Virus record (IMG/VR): IMGVR_UViG_3300028131_000823
Span: 1 to 64,000 of that record
DNA length: 64,000 bases
Direction: 5' to 3' (one strand)
In this document: positions 8,690 through 17,969 of the stretch, in pieces
Position numbering within the stretch: position 1 is the stretch's first letter
Layout of the letters: the number at the start of each line of letters is the position of its first letter
Made by a program: the position numbers and the translations under genes
The notes under the pieces: model-generated
Told to the model about the DNA's origin: nothing
Database searches by the model: none
The model's input: only the letters and a program-made list of their open reading frames with translations

Positions 8690-8871
8690 TGAATAAGATA
8701 AAAGAAATCGTTAATGCGTCTTGGTTTAAAGCCGCAATTGCAGGAGGAATAGCAACCCTATTACTATTCCAAGGAGATAAATTCTACGCTGGCATTGCTT
8801 ACGGTATTGCCATTAGAGAATTCTTATTAGGACTTAAAGTTGAAGGCGGGACTCAACAACTTAATTCTTAA
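8689..8871 (+). CDS. Small two-TM membrane protein
   Basis: FKAAIAGGIATLLLF and FYAGIAYGIAIREFLLG hydrophobic segments. Confidence 0.6.
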   Translation: MNKIKEIVNASWFKAAIAGGIATLLLFQGDKFYAGIAYGIAIREFLLGLKVEGGTQQLNS

Positions 8872-8902
8872 TAAATTTATTAACAATTTAAAAACTTTAA
8901 TC

Positions 8903-8936
8903 AAGCCATCTATATAATAATAAAGATGGCTTTTTT
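8903..8936 (+). terminator. Intrinsic terminator whose loop holds a promoter -10-like box
   Basis: AAGCCATCT/AGATGGCTT perfect 9 bp stem plus T tract; ATATAAT (8912-8918) in the loop, AAAC at 8892. Confidence 0.65.
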
Positions 8937-8954
8937 AATACAAACTAAACAGAC

Positions 8955-9389
8955 ATGCCAAAGACACCAATAGAATATACATATATGCAAGTTGCTTATC
9001 AATTTGCTAAATTAAGCTATGCTGAAAGAAGGCAAGTTGGATGTATTCTCGTTAAGAATGAACAAGTAATAAGTTTTGGCTATAATGGAACGCCAAGAGG
9101 ATTTAATAACACTTGTGAATTAGATAACACTACTAAACCTGAAGTGTTACATGCAGAATCTAATGCTATTACTAAAGTTGCCCAATCTACGATGGGGAGT
9201 GGCGGGGCGGAACTCTACACTACAACAGCCCCCTGTTTTAGTTGTTCAAAAATAATTATTCAATCTGGTATATCAAGAGTATATTATTCAGAAACATATA
9301 GGGATATGTCAGGTATAGAACTATTAGAACAAGCCAATATAGAAGTAATAAGAATAGAACCAATACACATGAATGGATCAAGTAAATAA
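8955..9389 (+). CDS. dCMP deaminase (ComEB/T4 cd family)
   Basis: RRQVGCILVK, GYNGTP, HAESNAI, PCFSC zinc motifs. Confidence 0.92.
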   Translation: MPKTPIEYTYMQVAYQFAKLSYAERRQVGCILVKNEQVISFGYNGTPRGFNNTCELDNTTKPEVLHAESNAITKVAQSTMGSGGAELYTTTAPCFSCSKIIIQSGISRVYYSETYRDMSGIELLEQANIEVIRIEPIHMNGSSK

Positions 9390-11193
9390 GATTATAGAAC
9401 AAGCCTTACAAGAAAAAACTTTTGGTAAAGACTTTAAGTTTAGACAATATCAACGTGAAACAATCACAGCAATCGTTAATCAATATATAGAAGACCCTGA
9501 GTCTACAATTGTTATAGATGCTCCAACAGGTACTGGTAAATCAATTATTGCAATGTGGTCCTCATACATCCTTAAAGAACTTGGCAATCAAGGCTACATA
9601 GTAACATCGGATAAAACACTACAAGAACAATACGAATATGACTTCTCACAGTATAATACAGGATGGCCCTCAATTCAAGGCATTGACAACTACAACTGTG
9701 AAGTGAATGGCCTGCCGTTTAGCCTAGGTGAATGTAAGATGAGAGGCTACTCTTATGGCCAAGCCGAAAGACTACAATGCGCCAGAATGTGCGACTATTT
9801 AAACACTCGTAAAAAGGCGATCGATGCGCCAGTTACCCTTGTAAATTATAGTTTCTGGTTAATACAACAAAATTATGTTAATTATAGAATGGCTGTAAGA
9901 CAAATGGAGAAAGAAGGACATAATACCCTTATTAATGATATGTCCTCGGAACGATATGATGAAATACTAGAGTCATATGATAATTTTTTTCCTTTTAAGA
10001 AACGGGACTTTGTTTTCTTTGATGAGGCGCACAAGATAGATGAAATTGTTCAACAACATTTTTCTCCTTCTTTGAAAAAATTTTCCCTATTTAAAACGGG
10101 CGCTTTGATTGACTTCATGATGGCTGAAGGAGTTAGAGTCCCAGCAGTTTCTAAAAGTTTTATAGGAGATCTAATGGATGAAATTCTAATAGAAGAAAAT
10201 AAGGAAAAACTTCTCATTAAACTAGCAAAAGTAAAGGGGTTTTTATGGAGCATTTTAAAAGGTAGAGCAGAATTAAATCAGCGAGCAAAACAAAAGTTTG
10301 GAATTGATGTAAATTCAAGTCTTCCAAAGAAATGGCAACGGGCATTTTCACAGCTTGACGGGCTTAAAGATACTCATTGTAAAATTGAAGACTATTTAGA
10401 AATTATAGAAACTACAGGCATTGAGTCTATGGTTTTTAATCAAAACCTACATGATGGTGAAATTAAATTAATGTGTTTGAGTGAGGCACATCTAATTAAA
10501 AAGCATTTACACAAAAGAGCAGGCTTTAAAGTATTTATGTCAGCAACTATCGGAGAACCTAAAACTTATATGAAAGTAATGGGAATAGACAATGCTAAAT
10601 TTATCAGACTATCTAATGGATTTACATATGAGAAGTCTCCAATTGTATTTGTTGATAGATGGAAGATGTCAATGCAACATAAACATAAAAGTTTACCGGA
10701 AGCTATTAAGATGTTAGATCAAATTTTAGAGAAACATAAAGGGCACAGAGGACTTATTCACACAGGAAGTTATGAATTTAGTCAATATATTAAAGGACAC
10801 ACCTCGAACATTAGAAGGATTATTGAGTATAATAAGAGTAGCGAAAAGAAAGAAGCATTGGTTAAATTTAAGAATACAATGAATGGAGTTATTATGGGTC
10901 CATCAATTCTTGAAGGTTTAGATTTTAAAGATGACACTTGTAGGTTTCAAATATTTTTTAAAGTACCCTATCCTTCATTAGGAGATCCATTAACAAGTGC
11001 TAAAATAAAGAAATCACCAGGTTGGTATGATTGGAAAACTGGAATAACAATCCAACAAGGTGCAGGTAGAAGTATTAGAAACAAAGAAGATTGGGCAGTT
11101 ACATATATCTTAGATGCCTGCTTTGGAAATCTGATAAATAAACTAGAATACTTTCCAGATAATTTTAAACAAAGAATTAAGACAATAAAATGA
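9373..11193 (+). CDS. DinG/XPD-like SF2 helicase with putative Fe-S cysteines
   Basis: FRQYQ Q-motif, DAPTGTGKS, four Cys (CEV/CKM/CARMCDY), FDEAH, FMSAT, EGLDF, KVPYP, QGAGRSIR. Confidence 0.9.
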   Translation: MDQVNKIIEQALQEKTFGKDFKFRQYQRETITAIVNQYIEDPESTIVIDAPTGTGKSIIAMWSSYILKELGNQGYIVTSDKTLQEQYEYDFSQYNTGWPSIQGIDNYNCEVNGLPFSLGECKMRGYSYGQAERLQCARMCDYLNTRKKAIDAPVTLVNYSFWLIQQNYVNYRMAVRQMEKEGHNTLINDMSSERYDEILESYDNFFPFKKRDFVFFDEAHKIDEIVQQHFSPSLKKFSLFKTGALIDFMMAEGVRVPAVSKSFIGDLMDEILIEENKEKLLIKLAKVKGFLWSILKGRAELNQRAKQKFGIDVNSSLPKKWQRAFSQLDGLKDTHCKIEDYLEIIETTGIESMVFNQNLHDGEIKLMCLSEAHLIKKHLHKRAGFKVFMSATIGEPKTYMKVMGIDNAKFIRLSNGFTYEKSPIVFVDRWKMSMQHKHKSLPEAIKMLDQILEKHKGHRGLIHTGSYEFSQYIKGHTSNIRRIIEYNKSSEKKEALVKFKNTMNGVIMGPSILEGLDFKDDTCRFQIFFKVPYPSLGDPLTSAKIKKSPGWYDWKTGITIQQGAGRSIRNKEDWAVTYILDACFGNLINKLEYFPDNFKQRIKTIK

Positions 11194-11378
11194 CGTATAT
11201 AAGAACAATCCTACCAGAACCAGATGTATTAAGAAAAATGATAGCAGAACAAGGAGAAGTTACTATTTTTAAAAGATATAAAAAATATGACACTCTACAG
11301 GGTTCAGCTGAAAGTACTAAAATCATTAATGAAATACTATACAAACATTACAATAAAAAGAAACCTATAAAACAATAG
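11190..11378 (+). CDS. Hypothetical protein
   Basis: 62 aa ORF with ATGA overlap. Confidence 0.6.
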   Translation: MTYIRTILPEPDVLRKMIAEQGEVTIFKRYKKYDTLQGSAESTKIINEILYKHYNKKKPIKQ

Positions 11379-11413
11379 GTCGTTAAATTTAAACACACAT
11401 GTCGTTGTTACGT

Positions 11414-11440
11414 AAACTTTTTCGTAAAAGGGAGTATAAT
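11414..11440 (+). promoter_or_regulatory. AAAC-N16-GTATAAT promoter-like motif (class 2)
   Basis: Same spacing as other class-2 sites; implies the next gene starts at ATG 11456. Confidence 0.55.
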
Positions 11441-11455
11441 ATTAAAAATAAGAAT

Positions 11456-12022
11456 ATGTCAGAAGAAAAGACTGCCAATATTTATGTATGGCAAAAATCT
11501 GAAAGAATAGGTAAAATAGTAGTTGAGAAAGAAACTAAGGATGGATGGTTATACTTCACAGACGGAAGTAGAATTAATCCAAAATTAGTAGGTGAATTTT
11601 TAAGTCAAACAACGTCTATGGAAGATGCAGAAGGTATTGCAAAAATATTAAGTCCAGTTGCTGGAGTTGCACAAGCGGGTACAGAAAGAGGACCGGGTGT
11701 TATGGTGCATGAAAATAAACCTAAAAAACCAATAGAAATAATTACAGAAACTAAAAAGGTGGACAGTAATATTAAAGATCCAGAAGATAGTATAGTAGTT
11801 GGTATTTTAGAAAAACTTAGTAAAAAGAATAAAACTAATTTTGATATTAGTGTAGGTGTTAATATACCTGGAAAGACTATTTTTAAAGCTTTACAAATGG
11901 ACATGGAAGAAGAAGAATTAAAAGAAGGCCTAGTGGAGCTTGTAAAAAAACAGATAAATAATCTAGAACAACAATTAAACAAAGAAGTAGAAACTTTTAT
12001 TCAAAATCAATACTATGAATAG
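11456..12022 (+). CDS. Hypothetical protein (likely start 11456, MSEEK)
   Basis: ORF 11399-12022; a promoter motif lies inside its first 19 codons. Confidence 0.7.
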   Translation: MSEEKTANIYVWQKSERIGKIVVEKETKDGWLYFTDGSRINPKLVGEFLSQTTSMEDAEGIAKILSPVAGVAQAGTERGPGVMVHENKPKKPIEIITETKKVDSNIKDPEDSIVVGILEKLSKKNKTNFDISVGVNIPGKTIFKALQMDMEEEELKEGLVELVKKQINNLEQQLNKEVETFIQNQYYE

Positions 12023-12380
12023 GCAACAAAGAAGAAATGCATATAAGTCTATGGGAATTCTTAAAAACAAGAGCTCTAGACAATTTAATGATCCAGTAAG
12101 AAATCAAATTACAGAACAGCTTAGTAGAGAAGGTAAAGAAAAACATAGAGCAATGGTTGAAGCTAATGAAAGGCAATATCATGAGGATATGGAACATAAG
12201 CTTGCTGAATATAAAAAGACTCTCGAAGTTACGGGATGGGAAGGTAAAGAAATTGAAAAATTAGCAGAGGCTTGGATGCTTAAGGCAGTTAAAGATAAAG
12301 AGAATTATCAACAAGATAAAAAAGATGCTAAAAGATTAACTAAAGAAGCAGAAGCTTTAAAAGCTAAGAGAACTAAGTAA
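12015..12380 (+). CDS. Hypothetical coiled-coil protein
   Basis: 121 aa, charged, starts MNRQQRR. Confidence 0.7.
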   Translation: MNRQQRRNAYKSMGILKNKSSRQFNDPVRNQITEQLSREGKEKHRAMVEANERQYHEDMEHKLAEYKKTLEVTGWEGKEIEKLAEAWMLKAVKDKENYQQDKKDAKRLTKEAEALKAKRTK

Positions 12381-12718
12381 TGGTTACAGTAGTATTAGAC
12401 ATAGGAGACAATGGTGTAGTCAAAATTATAGAAGATGACAACTACAATGGAAATGGTGAAGTTAATGTCACTAAAACTCTTTATGTCTTTGATGGAGATC
12501 CTGATTATGAAAATAGAATTAAATTTTTAAAAGATCTTTGTTTAGATATTGGGTTAAGTATAGGTAATAAAGATGCTCAGAAAAGACTTAATATAAATCT
12601 TCACAAGAAGTCAAAAGACATGTCACTAATGACTAAAAAGGAATTAGAGACGAGTATTATGGCAGCAGGTAGACTTGTGGAGAAGTATAAAAAAGAACTT
12701 AAAAAATATGAATCTTAA
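12380..12718 (+). CDS. Hypothetical protein
   Basis: 112 aa, TAATG overlap. Confidence 0.7.
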   Translation: MVTVVLDIGDNGVVKIIEDDNYNGNGEVNVTKTLYVFDGDPDYENRIKFLKDLCLDIGLSIGNKDAQKRLNINLHKKSKDMSLMTKKELETSIMAAGRLVEKYKKELKKYES

Positions 12719-13157
12719 GGTAGAATGTATATGGTGTAAAACTAAAACTGATTTTAATAGATTTGCAAGAGAAACTAAAAAGTCAGAAGAATATGACAAG
12801 TTTAAAAACCAAATAATTTCTTATAATGAAATTGGAGATAGACTTTCTAAGAGTGATCCTTATGGAAATACTCCATCTGAAACTTTAGTTGCTTTACATA
12901 TACAAAAATTAATACGAAATCTTGTTAATAAAAATAGGAGAGTAGAAGAAGAAGTTGAAGAAGATCAAACTGCAAAGGTTACATATCTTCTTAAAAACTT
13001 AAATCAAGAAAATGTACTAAATTTTAAAAACTTTATTAATGAAATAGCTGATGGAGTAGAGTTTGAATTAGTAGTTATTAATAGAGAAGATAAATTAGAT
13101 CCTAAAGTATTGAGTAAATTCGATAACGTTAGAATTGTAGACAATGATAAGACATAA
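12708..13157 (+). CDS. Hypothetical protein (likely start ATG 12708)
   Basis: MNLKVECIWC...; overlaps the upstream stop. Confidence 0.65.
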   Translation: MNLKVECIWCKTKTDFNRFARETKKSEEYDKFKNQIISYNEIGDRLSKSDPYGNTPSETLVALHIQKLIRNLVNKNRRVEEEVEEDQTAKVTYLLKNLNQENVLNFKNFINEIADGVEFELVVINREDKLDPKVLSKFDNVRIVDNDKT

Positions 13158-13737
13158 GATATTTTCAAAAGGTGAAAGAATCCATGCTCTAATACATTCA
13201 ACAACAAATCCAAATATTTTATTTCCAGTTAGAGGCATGATTTACGATACTAAATTTGATGAGTACAATCCTCAATATCAAATTAAAGTAGATAAAATGT
13301 ATGATGATATTGCGTTCTTAAAGCGATATTTATTTAAAGGCCGAACTATCCGAAACTTTGATGGTAAAGATAGTAGATGGAAATTTACAAGAACAAGTTA
13401 TAAAACAACCGATGAGTTTGTACAAAAAGTTTTTAATGGTGATAATTGGGAAGGCTACTTAATTGTAGTTGATAGCGTTTATTGCTGTAGAACAAGAAAA
13501 GAACAGGTTGGCTTCTTTAATAAGATACAAACATTTATGATACAAAAGAATCTGAGAGAGCTATACGAGATGACTAGAAGGAAAGAATACAGATATGGTA
13601 GATTTTATTATCATACTAAAGATATGTTTAAGAGAGCACTTAAAAAGTTCTTTGGAGAACGATCACCTCAATCAGATAAATGGTGGAATGATTTTCTTGC
13701 ATCCACTGATATTAGAGATTTAGACAAACACGTCTAA
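13144..13737 (+). CDS. Hypothetical protein
   Basis: 197 aa ORF. Confidence 0.7.
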   Translation: MIRHKIFSKGERIHALIHSTTNPNILFPVRGMIYDTKFDEYNPQYQIKVDKMYDDIAFLKRYLFKGRTIRNFDGKDSRWKFTRTSYKTTDEFVQKVFNGDNWEGYLIVVDSVYCCRTRKEQVGFFNKIQTFMIQKNLRELYEMTRRKEYRYGRFYYHTKDMFKRALKKFFGERSPQSDKWWNDFLASTDIRDLDKHV

Positions 13738-13746
13738 ACTTTAAGT

Positions 13747-13758
13747 GATATATAAATA
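13747..13758 (+). promoter_or_regulatory. Late-promoter-like motif GATATATAAATA at the start of the structural block
   Basis: Contains the T4 late consensus TATAAATA; GATAWATA recurs before many structural genes. Confidence 0.65.
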
Positions 13759-13774
13759 AAAATAATACTTTTTA

Positions 13775-15505
13775 ATGAGCACATTTACCCATATTTTGGA
13801 AGAAGGCCTAAGCGCTGCAGATTTTGTATTCGATGAAATAACAGATGCTGGGGAAGTCATGTATACTAATCTTGTAGATGGCTTAACATCTAAGGCATAT
13901 AGTGGTATAATAGAAGGTGCTAAAAATAATCCAACTCCTGAAGAAGTACAAAAGGCATTATTTAAAGCTTCAAATCCAGATTTTGACCCCGCACTCGTTA
14001 AAGAGGAAGGACTTTATCCTAAATCAAACTTTAAACAGCCTACTACATATTCTGTTAAAAAAGGAGTAGAATCAGACGCAGAGTCAGATGCACCTACTAG
14101 TAGAGTTAATAATTGGACTTTATTAAAATATAAAGGGCAAGGAGAAAATCCAGATTATAATAAAGCAATGGTTGGATCAGGTGCAGGAGATTCTGGTTTA
14201 GCAATAAACCCTACTGCAAATAACATTATTCAAAGAACTTTTACTAAAGGATCTGCTAGTTTTAGATATTTTCAAAAAGACTTTATATTTTGTGAACATT
14301 ATGGTAAAGTTACAAATAATCATATGTTAACTTTAAGAAGGTTTCCATTCCCAGTTGAAGATAATATATTAGATCCTAAAAAATATAGCATGCAAGAAAA
14401 AAAGGTTGTTGATAATATTCAACCTGCTCTTGCACAGGCCGTAACGTGGATGAGTCCAACTATTGGAAATAGTTTAAATGAGATATTAAAATTTGGAGTT
14501 GGTTTTAAATGGAAAGAAACCGAAGCTGAGCTTCAAACTATTGAAAGTAAACCTAGAGATAGAGGCATGGTTGGAGGAATGATTGATAGTATTCCATATT
14601 CTCAAAATGCACAAGGTGGTTTAGCAGGAGAGAGTGCAGCAACTACTCATAGAAGAAAGCAACAAGGAGGTGGCTGGGATCCTTTAAAACAAACATATCC
14701 TAATCACACATTCGCTCCACTTAACGTTATAAAAAGTATGCAAGTTAGAGATAGTGGTTTAACCTTTGATCAAAGTTTTAGTTTGACATTTAATTATGAT
14801 TTAAAAGGAATTCCAAATACTTCTCCTAAAATGGCTTTTTTAGATGTTTTAGCTAATTTATTAGTATTGACATATAACAATGCTCCTTTTTGGGGAGGAG
14901 CAATTAGATACACAGGAGGTGGAGTTGTTGGTAATTCATTAGGTGATCTTGAAAAATTAAAAAAGGGAGATATTAAAGGTTTTATGGGAAGTGTAATGAA
15001 AGATATAGGAGGAACTATAAAAAATGTTGCAGAAGATCTTAAAGGTGCACTCAGTGGAGATAGTAAAATATTAAATAACGTAATCGGTGGAGGATTGATG
15101 GATTTATTTGGTGGACCACAAGGTGGACAAGTTGCAGCTGCATTCTTAACAGGAGAATCTACAGGTCAATGGCATTTAACGGTTGGAAATCCATTAAATC
15201 CAATTGCTGTAATTGGAAATTTAGGATGTAAGAAAGCTGATTTTCAATTTGATGGACCATTAGGTTATGAAGACTTTCCTACTAAACTAAAAGTTGTAAT
15301 TGAATTGCAACCTAATAGGCCAAGAGATAAAGCAGATATTGAATCAATGTTTAATGCTGGTAAAGGTAGATTATATTTACCAGAACAAGGAGTATTAGAC
15401 CCTAGTAATGATACATATGATGTTAGTGCTTATGGTAATAAAGAATTTAAAGGAAGAAGTAAAGAGGCATTTATTAAGAAGGCCGCAAAAACTGCAAACG
15501 GATAA
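13775..15505 (+). CDS. Probable baseplate/tail-tube-associated structural protein
   Basis: First gene of the late structural block, upstream of a gp53-like gene; no diagnostic motif recognised. Confidence 0.45.
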   Translation: MSTFTHILEEGLSAADFVFDEITDAGEVMYTNLVDGLTSKAYSGIIEGAKNNPTPEEVQKALFKASNPDFDPALVKEEGLYPKSNFKQPTTYSVKKGVESDAESDAPTSRVNNWTLLKYKGQGENPDYNKAMVGSGAGDSGLAINPTANNIIQRTFTKGSASFRYFQKDFIFCEHYGKVTNNHMLTLRRFPFPVEDNILDPKKYSMQEKKVVDNIQPALAQAVTWMSPTIGNSLNEILKFGVGFKWKETEAELQTIESKPRDRGMVGGMIDSIPYSQNAQGGLAGESAATTHRRKQQGGGWDPLKQTYPNHTFAPLNVIKSMQVRDSGLTFDQSFSLTFNYDLKGIPNTSPKMAFLDVLANLLVLTYNNAPFWGGAIRYTGGGVVGNSLGDLEKLKKGDIKGFMGSVMKDIGGTIKNVAEDLKGALSGDSKILNNVIGGGLMDLFGGPQGGQVAAAFLTGESTGQWHLTVGNPLNPIAVIGNLGCKKADFQFDGPLGYEDFPTKLKVVIELQPNRPRDKADIESMFNAGKGRLYLPEQGVLDPSNDTYDVSAYGNKEFKGRSKEAFIKKAAKTANG

Positions 15506-16425
15506 TGAATTTTAAAACAATATTAGATAAATTAATAGAGGGTGGAAAACTTATTTTAGCTCAACCTACATTTATATTTAAAGATGATGAGGTTCCATTT
15601 AGTGAATATGTTGTCAAAAATACAGATGCTGGTAGAATTGATTTAATAGCTGAGGAATATTATGGAAGTGCTGTTGATTTAGAAAGTATTTTAAAATTTA
15701 ATGGAATATCTGATCCGTTTTCAATTAACGAAGGTGATGTTTTAAAAATGCCAATAGATGATGCTGTTATTAAAAAATTAGAAAGGCCTAGCATTGCAAT
15801 AAGTAATATAGTTAGACAAGAATTTATAGATGGTAAGAAATTAACTAAAAAAGATAAAAGAAGAATTGATTTTCTTAAAAAGAAATATAATCTTAAAGAA
15901 GTACTCCCACCTAATATGTTAAAGTCTGGATTTAAAAACTTTGAATTAAGGAAAGAAGAAGGTGAAGATGTCATTAAGATGGGAATGGGTGTATCTACTC
16001 CAGAATCTTCATTTTCTGCACCTAAGAAGAAAGCCAAGAAAGTTTCAGTTAATGAGTCTGAAGCTGATTCAATTTCTAAAAAAATTAAAAGCGGTGCTAA
16101 TGAAGAATTAACAGATGCTGAAATTGCAAAATTAGAAAATAGTGGAATTAAATCTTCTAATATTTCTAAAAAGGCGTCTAAGTTAGCTACTACATTTGAT
16201 GGAAAAGAAATAGGAAACCGAGGAAATACTTCTTCTAATTTCACAGCCAATACGTCAGATGCATTAGACGATGACGGTAACAAGGTAGGAAACCAATCAG
16301 TAACTCAATCTGAACAAATTGAAGGTGATAAAGTTACAAAAACTGTCACAAAAACTATTGTAAAACCAGATGGCTCTTCTGAAACTACTCAAACTGTTAC
16401 TTTTTCTAAATACGAATCTAAATAA
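15505..16425 (+). CDS. gp53: Baseplate wedge gp53-like (LysM-like) protein
   Basis: GRIDLIAEEYYGS...ILKFNGISDPFSINEGDVLKMP, a LysM/gp53/tail-X pattern. Confidence 0.7.
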   Translation: MNFKTILDKLIEGGKLILAQPTFIFKDDEVPFSEYVVKNTDAGRIDLIAEEYYGSAVDLESILKFNGISDPFSINEGDVLKMPIDDAVIKKLERPSIAISNIVRQEFIDGKKLTKKDKRRIDFLKKKYNLKEVLPPNMLKSGFKNFELRKEEGEDVIKMGMGVSTPESSFSAPKKKAKKVSVNESEADSISKKIKSGANEELTDAEIAKLENSGIKSSNISKKASKLATTFDGKEIGNRGNTSSNFTANTSDALDDDGNKVGNQSVTQSEQIEGDKVTKTVTKTIVKPDGSSETTQTVTFSKYESK

Positions 16426-16442
16426 TTTAGATAAATAATATA

Positions 16443-17966
16443 ATGGAGTTAAATAATAATATACTATCACTAATAGAGCCTAAAATTAGACCAACTGATG
16501 TTGAGTTAAAGGGAGGAACTGAATCCGGCGAAGGTGATAAAACTTCTAAGTCATTTGGTACAGATTTACCTAGAATAACAATTAATAATTACTTATTTGA
16601 AGAAGGAGATTTAATATCTTTTAAACTTAATACTGGAATTACTAAAAAATATCCAACCGTTAATGTTACTGTTATTGATACAGGTGGAACATTTGACATT
16701 GATCAATTTCCTAGAGACGGAGATGTAATTACAGTTTATATTAATTCTAAAAACACAGATACTTTTAAAAGTATTCACATGGATTTTAATATTACATCAA
16801 TATCTTCACCTCCTAAAGGTTTACCAAATAGTCTTAAACAATATAGTTTTCAGGGCACATGTAAAGTACCAGGTTTATTTAGTGAAGATTGTGTTGCATA
16901 TACTGAAAACACAAGTTTAGGTCACTTAGAAGAAATTGCTACTAATTTAGAACTAGGTTTAGCATCAAACATTGACTCTACAGATGATACTCAAAATAGG
17001 CTACAGGCTTATACAACTACATTAGATTATATTAAAGAAACTGTTAATTCCTCTTATATAGATGAAGAAAGTTTTCAAACATTTTACATTGATCAATACT
17101 ACAATTTAAACTTTGTAGAGATGAATAGAATTTTTAATTCTGAAAATGTAAGTCTTGAGAGCATGCAAAGTAATTTTGCTTCTTTAGCAAAAAGTTTTAG
17201 TCAAGAGGCAGGAGTAGAAGATAATACAGACAATATAGAGAATAAATTAATGTTAACTAATAACACGCAATTTGATAAAAGCAATGTTAAAATATCTCAA
17301 TTTGCATTAAAAAATAATTCAAGTAAAATATCATTATTGAATGGTTATAGAAGAGTACTTCAAATGTGGGATGAATTAGAAGATAGTGAACCTACTGCAT
17401 GGGATACTGAGCGTTTAGTTGAGTTTGATGTTGAGGCGTATACTAGTAAAAATATTAGAGACGTTGAAGAACCTTTAAAAGGTAGGAGAGGTGAGACAGA
17501 ATATGATAATCATTCTAAATATAAATGGGTAGGTAGAATGCAAGATTATTCTTTAGAAGGAAATGTACACCTTAATCATAAGTATTCTATATTAAATAAT
17601 TGGCAAAATTTACAGGAACTTGAAAAAATAAAACTAGTCGTAGAATTAGATTCTTTTAACCCAAGCTTATATGTATGTCAAAAAATACCAGTAATGATGT
17701 ACACTTATGATGAGATACAATCTGCAGCTGCTACCAAAACCCAAACAGGTTTAAAAGATAAAGGTGTAAAAACAGATGATAAAGCTTTTCCTAGTAAAAC
17801 TGAAGAAGTTGAGGCTACAGAAGCTCCAGTAAGACAAGATGATTTTACATCTGGTCATTATGTTATCGGCGGAATAGAATATATATACTCAGACGGCGAT
17901 CAAGCCTTAACTCAGCGATTAACTCTTTTAAGGAGGGAATGGCCAACAAGAGCAAATAATTTATAA
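16443..17966 (+). CDS. Probable baseplate hub protein (gp27/VgrG-like)
   Basis: Lies between gp53-like and gp5-like genes; FQTFYIDQYYNLNF, C-terminal SGHYVIGGIEYIYS...QRLTLLRR typical of hub proteins. Confidence 0.5.
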   Translation: MELNNNILSLIEPKIRPTDVELKGGTESGEGDKTSKSFGTDLPRITINNYLFEEGDLISFKLNTGITKKYPTVNVTVIDTGGTFDIDQFPRDGDVITVYINSKNTDTFKSIHMDFNITSISSPPKGLPNSLKQYSFQGTCKVPGLFSEDCVAYTENTSLGHLEEIATNLELGLASNIDSTDDTQNRLQAYTTTLDYIKETVNSSYIDEESFQTFYIDQYYNLNFVEMNRIFNSENVSLESMQSNFASLAKSFSQEAGVEDNTDNIENKLMLTNNTQFDKSNVKISQFALKNNSSKISLLNGYRRVLQMWDELEDSEPTAWDTERLVEFDVEAYTSKNIRDVEEPLKGRRGETEYDNHSKYKWVGRMQDYSLEGNVHLNHKYSILNNWQNLQELEKIKLVVELDSFNPSLYVCQKIPVMMYTYDEIQSAAATKTQTGLKDKGVKTDDKAFPSKTEEVEATEAPVRQDDFTSGHYVIGGIEYIYSDGDQALTQRLTLLRREWPTRANNL

Positions 17967-17969
17967 GAA

